Of a stretch of 64,000 bases of DNA, positions 44,454 to 54,087 are shown in pieces. The DNA is taken from assembly GCA_964463965.1 (NCBI GenBank), contig CAYXED010000002.1, positions 155,387 to 219,386 of the forward strand, read 5' to 3'. The notes beneath the pieces were generated by a model. It saw only the letters and a program-made list of their open reading frames with translations. It was not told where the DNA came from and did no database searches. Each line of letters begins with the position of its first letter. The stretch's first letter is position 1. The DNA comes from an uncultured Nitrospiraceae bacterium (GTDB lineage Bacteria > Nitrospirota > Nitrospiria > Nitrospirales > UBA2166). A program made the position numbers and the translations under genes.

Positions 44454-45224
44454 ATGAAAGTTGTGCTTCTCTGTGGAGGTTTTGGTACTAGACTTCAGGA
44501 AGAAACTGAAGTTAAGCCAAAGCCAATGATCGAGATAGGGAGAAAGCCAATCTTGTGGCATATCATGAAAAACTATGAGTCGCAGGGCTTTAATAACTTT
44601 GTTGTTGCTCTTGGCTATAAGGGAGAATTAATTAAAGAATACTTCATGCATTATAGATACCGGTTTGGGAGTATGTCTATCCGCTTAAAAACTGGGGATG
44701 TGATGGAGTCTGGTACTCCCGATGAAGATTGGCTGATTCATCTGTTAGATACAGGGTTGCATACTCAAACTGGAGGTCGTGTCAAACGTGCGGCACAGTA
44801 TATTGGTAATGATGCATTCATGATGACATATGGGGATGGTCTTTCAAATGTTAACTTGGCGAAGCTTCTTGAGTTTCACAAAAGCCATGGGAAGTTGGCA
44901 ACTATGACAGCAGTACGACCTCCAGCTCGGTTTGGCGGCATCAGTTTAAATGGGGATCATGTTGTGAGATTTGAAGAAAAACCTCAGATTGGAGAAGGAT
45001 GGATCAATGGAGGTTTTTTCATTTTTGAATCTAAAATTATTGAATATATTGAGAGAGATGAAACCATCTTAGAGAGGGAGCCTCTCGAACGCCTGGCAAA
45101 GGAAGGACAATTGATGGCATATCGACATGAAGGTTTTTGGCAATGTATGGATACTCTCCGTGATGTTAGGCTTTTAGAGGCACTTTGGGAAAAAGGTACT
45201 CCCGCGTGGAAAAACTGGGAGTAG
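44454..45224 (+). CDS. rfbF: Glucose-1-phosphate cytidylyltransferase
   Basis: MKVVLLCGGFGTRL, with typical length and C-terminus (WQCMDTLRD). ATG 44454 is preceded by aaggag. The track's 5' extension lies inside the upstream gene. Confidence 0.9.
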   Translation: MKVVLLCGGFGTRLQEETEVKPKPMIEIGRKPILWHIMKNYESQGFNNFVVALGYKGELIKEYFMHYRYRFGSMSIRLKTGDVMESGTPDEDWLIHLLDTGLHTQTGGRVKRAAQYIGNDAFMMTYGDGLSNVNLAKLLEFHKSHGKLATMTAVRPPARFGGISLNGDHVVRFEEKPQIGEGWINGGFFIFESKIIEYIERDETILEREPLERLAKEGQLMAYRHEGFWQCMDTLRDVRLLEALWEKGTPAWKNWE

Positions 45225-45240
45225 GGAAGGACATTGGACA

Positions 45241-46227
45241 ATGAGCGCGACTTTTTGGAAGGGCCATAAGGTATTTGTTACCGGAGCAACTGGAATGGTT
45301 GGTTCATGGCTGGTCAAGCAGTTGTTGAGTGCCAAAGCTGATGTAGTAGCGTTGATTCGAGATGCAGATCCTCATTCAGAGCTTCTTAGGAGTGGGGATC
45401 TGCATCGTCTATCTGTCGTAAATGGAGCATTAGAGGATTATCATACAGTTGAACGTGCCATTAATGAGCATGAGATTGATACAGTATTTCATCTTGGAGC
45501 CCAGACAATTGTAGGTGTTGCTCATCGTTCACCTCTGCAGACATTTGAGGCAAATATTCGTGGTACTTATAATTTACTTGATGCATGTCGAGTACACGGA
45601 GAAAAGGTAAAGCGAGTAATAATTGCTTCAAGTGACAAGGCATATGGAGCACAGGAGAATCTTCCTTATACTGAGGCTACTCCTTTGACAGGTAATCACC
45701 CTTATGAAATTTCAAAAAGTTGTGCTGATAGGCTCGCACAAGCATATCATCATACATATGGTTTGCCTGTCACCATCGCACGATGTGGGAATGTTTATGG
45801 TGGAGGTGATCTAAACTGGAGTCGAATCGTTCCAGGAAGTATCAGATCGTTCTTTCTTGGAGATTCACCTATCATTCGCAGTGATGGAACCTATGTAAGG
45901 GATTTCATATACGCAAAAGATGCAGTATTAGCCTATTTGACTCTTGGGGAAAAGCTCACAAATAACGATGTCTGTGGGCAGGCTTTTAATTTTAGCAATG
46001 AAACACCACTCACAGTTCAGGAAATACTATCAATAATTCAGAAAGCAATGGGATGTGAAGATATTAAACTAGATATACGTAATGATTCAAAAGGAGAGAT
46101 ACATTCACAATATCTTTCCGCTAAAAAATCTAAAGATATTTTAAAATGGAAACCTACATATACGCTTGAATCAGGTTTAGCAGAAACCATTGAATGGTAT
46201 AAGAATTTTCTTGAAGAGAGGGTGTGA
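45241..46227 (+). CDS. rfbG: CDP-glucose 4,6-dehydratase
   Basis: 328 aa with VTGATGMVGSWL and YEISKSCADR. It lies immediately downstream of rfbF. Confidence 0.9.
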   Translation: MSATFWKGHKVFVTGATGMVGSWLVKQLLSAKADVVALIRDADPHSELLRSGDLHRLSVVNGALEDYHTVERAINEHEIDTVFHLGAQTIVGVAHRSPLQTFEANIRGTYNLLDACRVHGEKVKRVIIASSDKAYGAQENLPYTEATPLTGNHPYEISKSCADRLAQAYHHTYGLPVTIARCGNVYGGGDLNWSRIVPGSIRSFFLGDSPIIRSDGTYVRDFIYAKDAVLAYLTLGEKLTNNDVCGQAFNFSNETPLTVQEILSIIQKAMGCEDIKLDIRNDSKGEIHSQYLSAKKSKDILKWKPTYTLESGLAETIEWYKNFLEERV

Positions 46228-46676
46228 TGATTGAAGGAGTACTAGTTCATTCACTTAAGCAGTTTCCAGATGAACGTGGAAGTGTCATGCATATGCTTCG
46301 TTCGGACGCCCCTCATTTCCAAAAATTTGGAGAGATTTATTTTTCCGTTGTGTACCCTGGGGTAGTCAAGGGATGGCATCTTCACAAGGAAATGACACTA
46401 AATTATGCCGTTATTTCTGGAAAAATTAAATTGGTTCTTTACGATGACAGAGCTAACTCTTCCACTCACGGGGAGGTAAATGAGTTATTCATAGGGGATT
46501 CAAATTATGTTTTAGTACAAATTCCTTTTGGCATTTGGAATGGCTTTAAGGGGGTTGGAGTAACTCCGGGAATAGTCGCAAATTGTTCGACGATACCTTA
46601 CCGGGAAGATGAAATTGTTCGCCGAGATCCCTTTGATCCTTCAATTCCATACACTTGGGATTTAAAACATCAATGA
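46224..46676 (+). CDS. RmlC-like cupin sugar epimerase (4-keto-6-deoxyhexose 3,5- or 5-epimerase family)
   Basis: 150 aa with FPDERGSVMHM and GEIYFSVVYPGVVKGWHLHKEM. The start (GTG 46224 or ATG 46227) overlaps the upstream gene by 1-4 nt. Confidence 0.75.
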   Translation: MMIEGVLVHSLKQFPDERGSVMHMLRSDAPHFQKFGEIYFSVVYPGVVKGWHLHKEMTLNYAVISGKIKLVLYDDRANSSTHGEVNELFIGDSNYVLVQIPFGIWNGFKGVGVTPGIVANCSTIPYREDEIVRRDPFDPSIPYTWDLKHQ

Positions 46677-47539
46677 AAAAAAAAGTTCTTATTGTAGGTG
46701 GTAGGGGAATGTTAGCCTCAGACTTTGAAAAGACTGCTCTTGCACAGGGGCATGATGTTTTATCGCTTTCTCACCAAGATCTTGACATCACAAGCCCGCA
46801 GTCTGTGCAGAAAACTATACAAGACTTTACTCCTTGCTGTGTTCTTGATGCAGCTGGCGTAGATGTTGATACATGTGAAATTGACCCAAATCATGGCTAT
46901 CGGACTCATACGTGGGGAGCAATGCTCCTTGCGCAGGCCTGTGAGCGCATTGGTGCCACATTTGTTTATGTCAGCTCATGTGGCTTATTTGGAGATGACC
47001 TAGTATTTCATTCTGAGTACGACTCAGTAGTCTTAAAAACAAAATACTCCAAATCAAAGTACTTTGGTGAGCTGGAGGCAAAAAACTGGTGTCGGCGAGT
47101 ATTTATTATTAGGTGCGGATGGTTATTTGGAGGAACACCAGATCACCGAAGAAATTTTGTTGTACAGCGTATTAAAGAAGCACAAAGCAAAAATGTGATT
47201 AACAGCGCTGGAGATAAGTATGGTAGCCCTACACTAACGAGTGACTTGTCTGAAAAAATTCTCCAGCTTCTTGAAACTAATCTCTATGGAACTTACCACA
47301 TTTCAAATGTAGGAGGTTGTTCGAGATATGAATATACATCCTTCATACTTCATACCTTTGGGCTGGGCACCCATGTTGACAAAGTTGACTCCTCTTCATT
47401 CCCTCGTCCTGCTTCAACGCCTAACTCCGAAATGCTTGAAAATGCAAATCTTCAATTTTCAAATATTGGTGTTTTAACGCCCTGGCAAGAGGCAATTGAG
47501 CGTTATATCAGAACATTGAAAGATAAAACGTTTGTATGA
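46673..47539 (+). CDS. RmlD-like 4-keto-6-deoxyhexose reductase (SDR)
   Basis: MKKKVLIVGGRGMLASDF. ATG 46673 makes an ATGA overlap with the upstream stop. Confidence 0.75.
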   Translation: MKKKVLIVGGRGMLASDFEKTALAQGHDVLSLSHQDLDITSPQSVQKTIQDFTPCCVLDAAGVDVDTCEIDPNHGYRTHTWGAMLLAQACERIGATFVYVSSCGLFGDDLVFHSEYDSVVLKTKYSKSKYFGELEAKNWCRRVFIIRCGWLFGGTPDHRRNFVVQRIKEAQSKNVINSAGDKYGSPTLTSDLSEKILQLLETNLYGTYHISNVGGCSRYEYTSFILHTFGLGTHVDKVDSSSFPRPASTPNSEMLENANLQFSNIGVLTPWQEAIERYIRTLKDKTFV

Positions 47540-48624
47540 TGCCAGCTATAAGCGTCCTCATGACTGTGTACAATGGGGAATCCTTTTTATCTGATGCAAT
47601 AAAGAGCATCTTAAATCAAACGTTTAATGATTTTGAATTTATTATTGTTGACAATGCTAGTACTGATAGTTCTGTAAAAATTATAGAGTCATTTGTTGAC
47701 TCTCGCATACGTCTTGTAAAAAATATTTCAAACCAAGGACAAACTAAGGCATTAAATATTGGATTGAGGGTAAGCCGTGGGCGGTATATCGCGAGAATTG
47801 ATGCTGATGATGTGGCTCGAGCACATCGCTTAGAAACTCAATTTAATTTCCTTGAAAAGCAGACTAAATATTCTGTTGTTGGAAGCCATGTTTGTTTAAT
47901 TGATTCTCGTGGAGCACAATGGCACACACTGTATTTTCCTGTGAACTATGAAGATATTACTTGGGTAGCCTTGCATGCAAGCCCCGTTGCACATTCAGCA
48001 GTTTTGATGAGAAGTTCAGTAATACTTGAACTTGGAGGCTATGATGAAAGTTTTGTTATAACCCAAGATTATGCTTTGTGGACTGCTTTGATAGGCAAGG
48101 GACACCACATTACAAATTTTGATAATGTTTTGACTTGTCTTAGGGTTCACCCTGGGCAGTTGTCTCGAGGGGATGCTCAGTCAAAATTAGTTAATGAGAC
48201 AACACGTCTTATTAGGAAGAATGTCGCGAGTCAACTGAATATTTATGCTAGTGATGAAGAAACTAAAGGTTTGTTTTGCTTGTTACGACACTCTGCAAGT
48301 GTGTCCAGCTATCCCATTGAGACATCGCTCAAGTTGTTCTATAGAATTTCTTCGGTTTTCAAATATCGAGTGAATCAGAACTCTTTTTTTTATGTTAAGA
48401 CTCTAGTTCGGCTGGCAATTCTTCGAAAAGAACTGCCATTTTTAGTCAGGGGAAAAATTCTTTTTAGAGCAGTGTTTTCACTTTTTTTTACTAAGAATGC
48501 ATATAGTGCTGCCTTTTTTATTTGTAGGTGGATTTTTACAGGAAAATTTTTTGGTGCACTTCGAATGGAATTGTGGCGGAGAAGAAGGCAAGATTTAGGC
48601 AAGCATTTATCGGAATTACAATAG
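47536..48624 (+). CDS. Family 2 glycosyltransferase
   Basis: ISVLMTVYNGESFL...QTFNDFEFIIVDNASTDSS and ARIDADD (DxD). The C-terminal tail is amphipathic and hydrophobic. Confidence 0.9.
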   Translation: MMPAISVLMTVYNGESFLSDAIKSILNQTFNDFEFIIVDNASTDSSVKIIESFVDSRIRLVKNISNQGQTKALNIGLRVSRGRYIARIDADDVARAHRLETQFNFLEKQTKYSVVGSHVCLIDSRGAQWHTLYFPVNYEDITWVALHASPVAHSAVLMRSSVILELGGYDESFVITQDYALWTALIGKGHHITNFDNVLTCLRVHPGQLSRGDAQSKLVNETTRLIRKNVASQLNIYASDEETKGLFCLLRHSASVSSYPIETSLKLFYRISSVFKYRVNQNSFFYVKTLVRLAILRKELPFLVRGKILFRAVFSLFFTKNAYSAAFFICRWIFTGKFFGALRMELWRRRRQDLGKHLSELQ

Positions 48625-48690
48625 AAATATTTTGACATGGAAGAGTTAAAGTTATTTGGATAAAAACTTTATCAGGTAAAACTTGCAGGG

Positions 48691-49590
48691 ATGAAAAGTT
48701 TATACTTAATTCATACAGGACGATCATATTTGCCTGAACTTGAAGCCTATAAGCGATTTTTTGGGCAGGCGTATACACTGAATGTTGTGGAAAAGGGGAC
48801 TTTTCCTCCTGGGGACTATAAGTCATCTGTTTTATGGTTTTTCATGGGTTTGTATCCGAATAAGTATAGGGCTGATTTCATCATCCATGATTATAGATCT
48901 CTTTCAACTGGGTATTTCCCACGCATAAAGAATCAAATCAAAAAAACATTAAATCAGAGGCCAGATTTGAGGGTTTTCTTAAATGAGAGAGGGGCTCGAG
49001 AATATAATTTTAATGATAAGGTGCCTTTCGTATTTATTGACATGGGTATTCACGAACACCTACGTCCTCAAGTACAAGGTGCCAAAGATAAATTTTTATA
49101 TGACTTTTGCTATGTTGGAGATGTTTTTTACAAGAGACAAATTGATAGGTTGTTAGAGAGTTTTTCAAAAACTTACAGTTACAGGACATTGGTGCTAGTG
49201 GGGCGTTATGACCCGAGTATTAAGGAAGCCTTTAAGGCTAATGAGAATATATTATTTCTTGGGAAACGTACTCTGAGGGATACATACAAAATTATATCTG
49301 ACAGCGAATTTGCTTTATGTTATTTGCCAAATAAATACCCTTACTTCTTTCAAACGCCCACGAAATTATTGGAATATGCAGCATTAGGAAAAAAAATCAT
49401 TGTGAATGATGTTGCTTCAAATATTTTGACCTGTACTAAATATAATATCAACGTAGAGGTTGTAAAAGGCCATGATATTCCTGATGGTAAATCGCTGAAA
49501 ACTCTCAAGGATAATAGTTGCTTTGATTCATCGTGTATTGCTTGGGAAGGTATAATTAAAAGGAGTGGGGTGTTAGATTATTTAATGTGA
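48691..49590 (+). CDS. Putative GT-B-type glycosyltransferase
   Basis: 299 aa. The C-terminal half (LVLVGR..., FLGKR..., TKLLEYAALGKKIIVND) resembles the GT4 nucleotide-sugar-binding domain. Confidence 0.5.
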   Translation: MKSLYLIHTGRSYLPELEAYKRFFGQAYTLNVVEKGTFPPGDYKSSVLWFFMGLYPNKYRADFIIHDYRSLSTGYFPRIKNQIKKTLNQRPDLRVFLNERGAREYNFNDKVPFVFIDMGIHEHLRPQVQGAKDKFLYDFCYVGDVFYKRQIDRLLESFSKTYSYRTLVLVGRYDPSIKEAFKANENILFLGKRTLRDTYKIISDSEFALCYLPNKYPYFFQTPTKLLEYAALGKKIIVNDVASNILTCTKYNINVEVVKGHDIPDGKSLKTLKDNSCFDSSCIAWEGIIKRSGVLDYLM

Positions 49591-49680
49591 TAGCTTAGGG
49601 TTTTGTTGTGTTGCATGAGAGAAGAAAAGTAAATTTCAATGATGGGATTGGAAAGTTTAAGGTAGATTGTTGAGCATACT

Positions 49681-50949
49681 ATGATTCATGGTTTTGCGTG
49701 GATTCTTCTCCTCTATAGTTTTCTCCCAATTATTTTGGGCATGAAGTTTGTGCGAGGAACGCGCATGAGTCTTGCCTTTATTGCAGTAATGGGTTTTCAC
49801 CATGTTATTGCAGTATTAAATTCTTTTGTCTCCACGGTGAGAGGTGCTGGAAAAGATGGAGAGCGGTTTCATTACATAGCAGATGGGATAGCTCAAAATC
49901 AGGATTTTTATTTTTCTATTGGGCCTGATTTATATCACAACTTTCTTGCTATTTCTTATTTCGTTTTTGGGAGCTCTCGGTTTTTGGGCGCAGAGCTTTC
50001 AGTAATGGCATTTGGATTTTCGTTTCTATTGTTAGTAAAGCTTATGGATATATTGGAAATTAGTCGGTACCGTGTGAGTGTCTTGCTTTTATTTGGGCTA
50101 CTTCCTACGGCCTTAATTCACACGTCAGTTACACTTAGAGAGTCGTGGGAAATTTTATTCTTCATGTCTACGGTTTATTTTGGGTTGCGTTACCAGTTTT
50201 ATAGAAAGTGGAAATATATTTTTCTGGCAATAGCTGCTGTAGCTGCTTTTGGTAGCCTTCATCATGGGATGCTTGCTTTTTCTGTGTTTCTGCTTCCTTG
50301 TGTGCTTCTTTGGCCAATTGGGCATCGTAGTATGTCGAGAGCCTTTGTAACTCGGCCACGTGCTATTTTTGCGCTGTTAGGTTGTTTTGGAGCGCTTGCA
50401 GTAGCTCTCGCTCTAACTACCAAAAATTTTAATGTTGAGTTAGCATCAAGCCTAATGCAAGGGGAAGTCTTAGAATATTCATCAGGATTTAGAGAAGGCA
50501 CTGCTACTAGTCGCGCAACATATGATGCACCTCTTGAGCTATCTTCAGTTTCTGGTTTTTTGCTTTCTTTTGCCATGATTATTCTCCATTATGTACTAGA
50601 GCCTTTTCCATGGAAGATTATGAATATAGTTGATTTATACGCATTTTTTGAGGTTTTACTTAGAGTGCTTCTTTTCATGTTTTCATGGTGGGCAATAACT
50701 CAAGAGCATGGTGCAAAGAAACAGGTTATGAAAATGTTGCTTGTTTTATATGTTGTACTTTCAATCATTTGGGCTCTTGGGACGACAAACTATGGTACTG
50801 CAATTAGGCATCATCTTGTAGGTTATTGGATCATTCTTCTTCTTGGAGCTCCACAAATGTTTCGTGCTATTAGTGCTTTACATCTTGTTGTGTTTCCACC
50901 TCTTGCTCGAGTTCAAAAGTGGTATCGGAACTCTCTTCCAAACCCCTAA
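49681..50949 (+). CDS. Multi-pass membrane protein, O-antigen polymerase/ligase (Wzy-like)
   Basis: 422 aa with about 10-12 hydrophobic segments and one larger loop (residues ~255-290). It sits among glycosyltransferase genes. Confidence 0.55.
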   Translation: MIHGFAWILLLYSFLPIILGMKFVRGTRMSLAFIAVMGFHHVIAVLNSFVSTVRGAGKDGERFHYIADGIAQNQDFYFSIGPDLYHNFLAISYFVFGSSRFLGAELSVMAFGFSFLLLVKLMDILEISRYRVSVLLLFGLLPTALIHTSVTLRESWEILFFMSTVYFGLRYQFYRKWKYIFLAIAAVAAFGSLHHGMLAFSVFLLPCVLLWPIGHRSMSRAFVTRPRAIFALLGCFGALAVALALTTKNFNVELASSLMQGEVLEYSSGFREGTATSRATYDAPLELSSVSGFLLSFAMIILHYVLEPFPWKIMNIVDLYAFFEVLLRVLLFMFSWWAITQEHGAKKQVMKMLLVLYVVLSIIWALGTTNYGTAIRHHLVGYWIILLLGAPQMFRAISALHLVVFPPLARVQKWYRNSLPNP

Positions 50950-50981
50950 AATGGTTTTTTCAAAGTAAGGGATAGATTGTC

Positions 50982-52943
50982 ATGTGTGGGATTGTTGGGT
51001 TTTTTGATTTAGCCAAACGATATAGTGCCGATAGATCTTTGGAAATTATGAAGGTGATGTCAGAGAAACTTTTTAATCGTGGGCCTGATGATAGTGGTAC
51101 TTGGATAGACAGTATGGATCACGTCACCTTAGGACATCGTCGACTCAGTGTTATTGACCTCTCTCCACAGGGTAGGCAGCCGATGCTTTCGTCTACTGGA
51201 CGCTATGTAATTGTTTACAATGGAGAAATTTATAATTATCAGAAAATCCGTCTTGAGCAGGAAGCAAATGGCTACTCCTTTTCAGGTTCTTCAGATACAG
51301 ACGTACTTCTAAATACAATAGAGCAGACCGGACTTTTCGAAACATTATCTCGCCTGGTTGGAATGTTTGCTTTTGGGTTGTGGGATCGTGAACAAAAGAA
51401 ACTTCATCTGGTACGAGATCGCATTGGTATTAAGCCTCTGTATTATGGTTGGGCAGGGAAAAACTTTTTATTCGGGTCTTCATTGCAGGCTTTGAGGGCT
51501 CATCCACAGTTTGAGAAGAAAATTAATAATGAGGCAGTGGCTCTTATGTTGCGCTACGGGTCTGTTCCAGCTCCGTTATCTATTTATGAAAACATTTTTA
51601 AGTTATTGCCCGGTTCCGTATTAACTGTTAGCCATTTGGAACTAGAAAAGAAAGAATCCGGTGTTGTCGTGCCTTATTGGTCACCTGAAAGTATTGTAAG
51701 GCAAGGTATAGAGTCTCCATTTGAAGGTAATGATGAAGATGCTATTGATACTTTAGAGGACCTTCTCAAAGATGCTATAGCACAGAGAATGATTGCTGAT
51801 GTTCCTCTAGGAGCATTTCTTTCTGGAGGTGTTGATTCTTCCACAGTTGTTGCACTTATGCAGGCACAGGCTACCAACCCTGTAAAGACGTTTACTATTG
51901 GTTTCCAAGAACAAGCATATAACGAGGCAAAATATGCTAAGGATGTGGCTCGACACTTGGGTACTGATCATCATGAGCTATATGTTACGCCGCAAGATAC
52001 CCTCTCTGTTATCCCGAAGTTACCTTTATTATACGACGAACCATTTTCAGATTCATCTCAGATCCCTACTTACCTTGTATCAAAGTTAGCGAGAACAAAG
52101 GTTACAGTAGCACTATCTGGGGATGGAGGAGATGAATTGTTTGGTGGCTATAATCGTCATATCTGGGGGCCGCGTATCTGGAAGAGATTTGGGTCCGTTC
52201 CTTTTTCATTAAGAAAAGCAGGCTCTGCTGCAATTAATCTTATTTCACCTGTTACCTGGAATAAGATAGCTTATAGCGCACAATCATTGTTTCCTAATAT
52301 TGATCTTCCGAGGGCACCTGGAGATAAATTGTACAAAATTGCAAGTGTTTTAGAGTCTCCAACGTCTCAGCAGGTCTATGAGCAACTAGTATCGCATTGG
52401 GGAAACTCTGAAGTATTAGCATTAAAGTCACTGGAGCAGCAGAAAAAAACTGTCGATCAAGGTTCAAGTTTTGAATTTAAAGATATGTCGGAGATGATGA
52501 TGTATCGCGATTTGGTGTCTTACCTTCCAAACGATATTTTGACAAAGTTGGATAGGGCAAGTATGGGTGTTAGTTTAGAAGCGAGAGTGCCTATTCTTGA
52601 CCATCGTGTGGTTGAATTTTCATGGAAGCTTTCAGGAAAATCTATGAGAATTAGAAATGGCACAGGGAAATGGTTGTTGAGGCAGGTTCTTCATAGATAT
52701 GTGCCTATGTCACTGATTGAGAGGCCAAAAGTAGGTTTTGGTGTTCCACTTGATCATTGGTTGAGGGGCCCTCTTCGAGAGTGGGCGGAATCGCTTATTG
52801 AAGAATCTCGATTAGAGCGGGAAGGGTTTTTCGATCCCAAAATAGTTCGTGAAAAATGGAACTCACATCTATCAAAAAGTCAAAATTTGCAGCATCAGTT
52901 GTGGGATATTCTTATGTTTCAAGCGTGGTTGGAAGCGAACTGA
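50982..52943 (+). CDS. asnB: Asparagine synthase (glutamine-hydrolysing)-family amidotransferase
   Basis: 653 aa with the MCGIVGF Ntn nucleophile and FLSGGVDSS PP-loop. Confidence 0.9.
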   Translation: MCGIVGFFDLAKRYSADRSLEIMKVMSEKLFNRGPDDSGTWIDSMDHVTLGHRRLSVIDLSPQGRQPMLSSTGRYVIVYNGEIYNYQKIRLEQEANGYSFSGSSDTDVLLNTIEQTGLFETLSRLVGMFAFGLWDREQKKLHLVRDRIGIKPLYYGWAGKNFLFGSSLQALRAHPQFEKKINNEAVALMLRYGSVPAPLSIYENIFKLLPGSVLTVSHLELEKKESGVVVPYWSPESIVRQGIESPFEGNDEDAIDTLEDLLKDAIAQRMIADVPLGAFLSGGVDSSTVVALMQAQATNPVKTFTIGFQEQAYNEAKYAKDVARHLGTDHHELYVTPQDTLSVIPKLPLLYDEPFSDSSQIPTYLVSKLARTKVTVALSGDGGDELFGGYNRHIWGPRIWKRFGSVPFSLRKAGSAAINLISPVTWNKIAYSAQSLFPNIDLPRAPGDKLYKIASVLESPTSQQVYEQLVSHWGNSEVLALKSLEQQKKTVDQGSSFEFKDMSEMMMYRDLVSYLPNDILTKLDRASMGVSLEARVPILDHRVVEFSWKLSGKSMRIRNGTGKWLLRQVLHRYVPMSLIERPKVGFGVPLDHWLRGPLREWAESLIEESRLEREGFFDPKIVREKWNSHLSKSQNLQHQLWDILMFQAWLEAN

Positions 52944-52947
52944 GGCA

Positions 52948-54087
52948 ATGAAAAAACCATGTGTTATTTTCGTAGCTAACCGTGGGTATGGTCTGTTTAG
53001 TTCTCGCTTGATTTTGATGAAATATTTTTTATCTCACGGTTGGACAGTGGTTGCTGCAGCAGCTCCGGATATATACTTAGAAAAATTGAACGATGTTGGT
53101 ATTACTATTGAGCCTGTGCCGTTCTACCGAGGAGGACTCTCTTTGGAGAACGACTGGAAGGCTTTTGAAAAATTACTTCGCGTCTACAAGAAATTCTCTC
53201 CTCATTTGGTACATCATTTTCAGGCAAAGCCCATTATTATGGGAACTATAGCCGCAAAAAAAAATTGTAAAGCAAAGATTGTAAATACTGTGACAGGCTT
53301 GGGACATGCATTTATCCATGGAGGTATAGTCAAGTATCTTGCTTCATTGGGGTATAGGTTGTGTCTCAGTCGTAGTGATATGACTGTATTTCAGAACCAC
53401 GATGATCTTAATTTTTCTCTTACAAAGAAGTGGGTTTCTATAGAAAAAACAAAATTGATAATAGGCTCTGGAGTTGATATTCAACGTTTTAAACCGACAC
53501 AAATTTTTGATTATAAATCTACCCCTCGTATTCTTATGGTTGCTCGACTGTTGTGGCAAAAGGGAGTATTAGAGTTTGTAGAGTCCGCAAAACTACTTAA
53601 GAAAATCTTTCCAAATGTTTTATTTCAGTTAGTTGGTGAACGAGACCTTATTCACCCTGATGCCGTATCAGAAAAGTGGATTCAAGATGTTGTTGACCAG
53701 GAGATAATTCAATATCTAGGGTATATCACGGATATTTATTCAATCCTTTCTTCTTCCTATCTTGTCGTACTTCCTTCCTATCGTGAAGGTTTGCCTCGTA
53801 TACTTCTAGAAGCGGCAGCATGTGGGGTTCCTGCAGTTACAACTAGTGCGCCGGGATGTAGGGAGGCAGTAGTTGATGGTGAAACGGGATGGTTAGTTCC
53901 TCCAAGAGATAGTGGGGCATTAGCCCAAGCAATTTCAAGAGTGATAGAGGATCCAGTGTTAAGGTCTAGGGCGGGAAGGTCTGCACGAAAAAGAATTGAA
54001 AAAATGTTTGACATTCAAATCATTGCAGAGCAACAGATTGCAGTTTACCGGGAGATTGGTATTCAGATTGATATGGCATTAGAGTGA
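52948..54087 (+). CDS. Family 4 (GT-B) glycosyltransferase
   Basis: EGLPRILLEAAACGVPAV (E-x7-E). ATG 52948 lies just after the asnB stop. The track's 5' extension overlaps asnB. Confidence 0.9.
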   Translation: MKKPCVIFVANRGYGLFSSRLILMKYFLSHGWTVVAAAAPDIYLEKLNDVGITIEPVPFYRGGLSLENDWKAFEKLLRVYKKFSPHLVHHFQAKPIIMGTIAAKKNCKAKIVNTVTGLGHAFIHGGIVKYLASLGYRLCLSRSDMTVFQNHDDLNFSLTKKWVSIEKTKLIIGSGVDIQRFKPTQIFDYKSTPRILMVARLLWQKGVLEFVESAKLLKKIFPNVLFQLVGERDLIHPDAVSEKWIQDVVDQEIIQYLGYITDIYSILSSSYLVVLPSYREGLPRILLEAAACGVPAVTTSAPGCREAVVDGETGWLVPPRDSGALAQAISRVIEDPVLRSRAGRSARKRIEKMFDIQIIAEQQIAVYREIGIQIDMALE

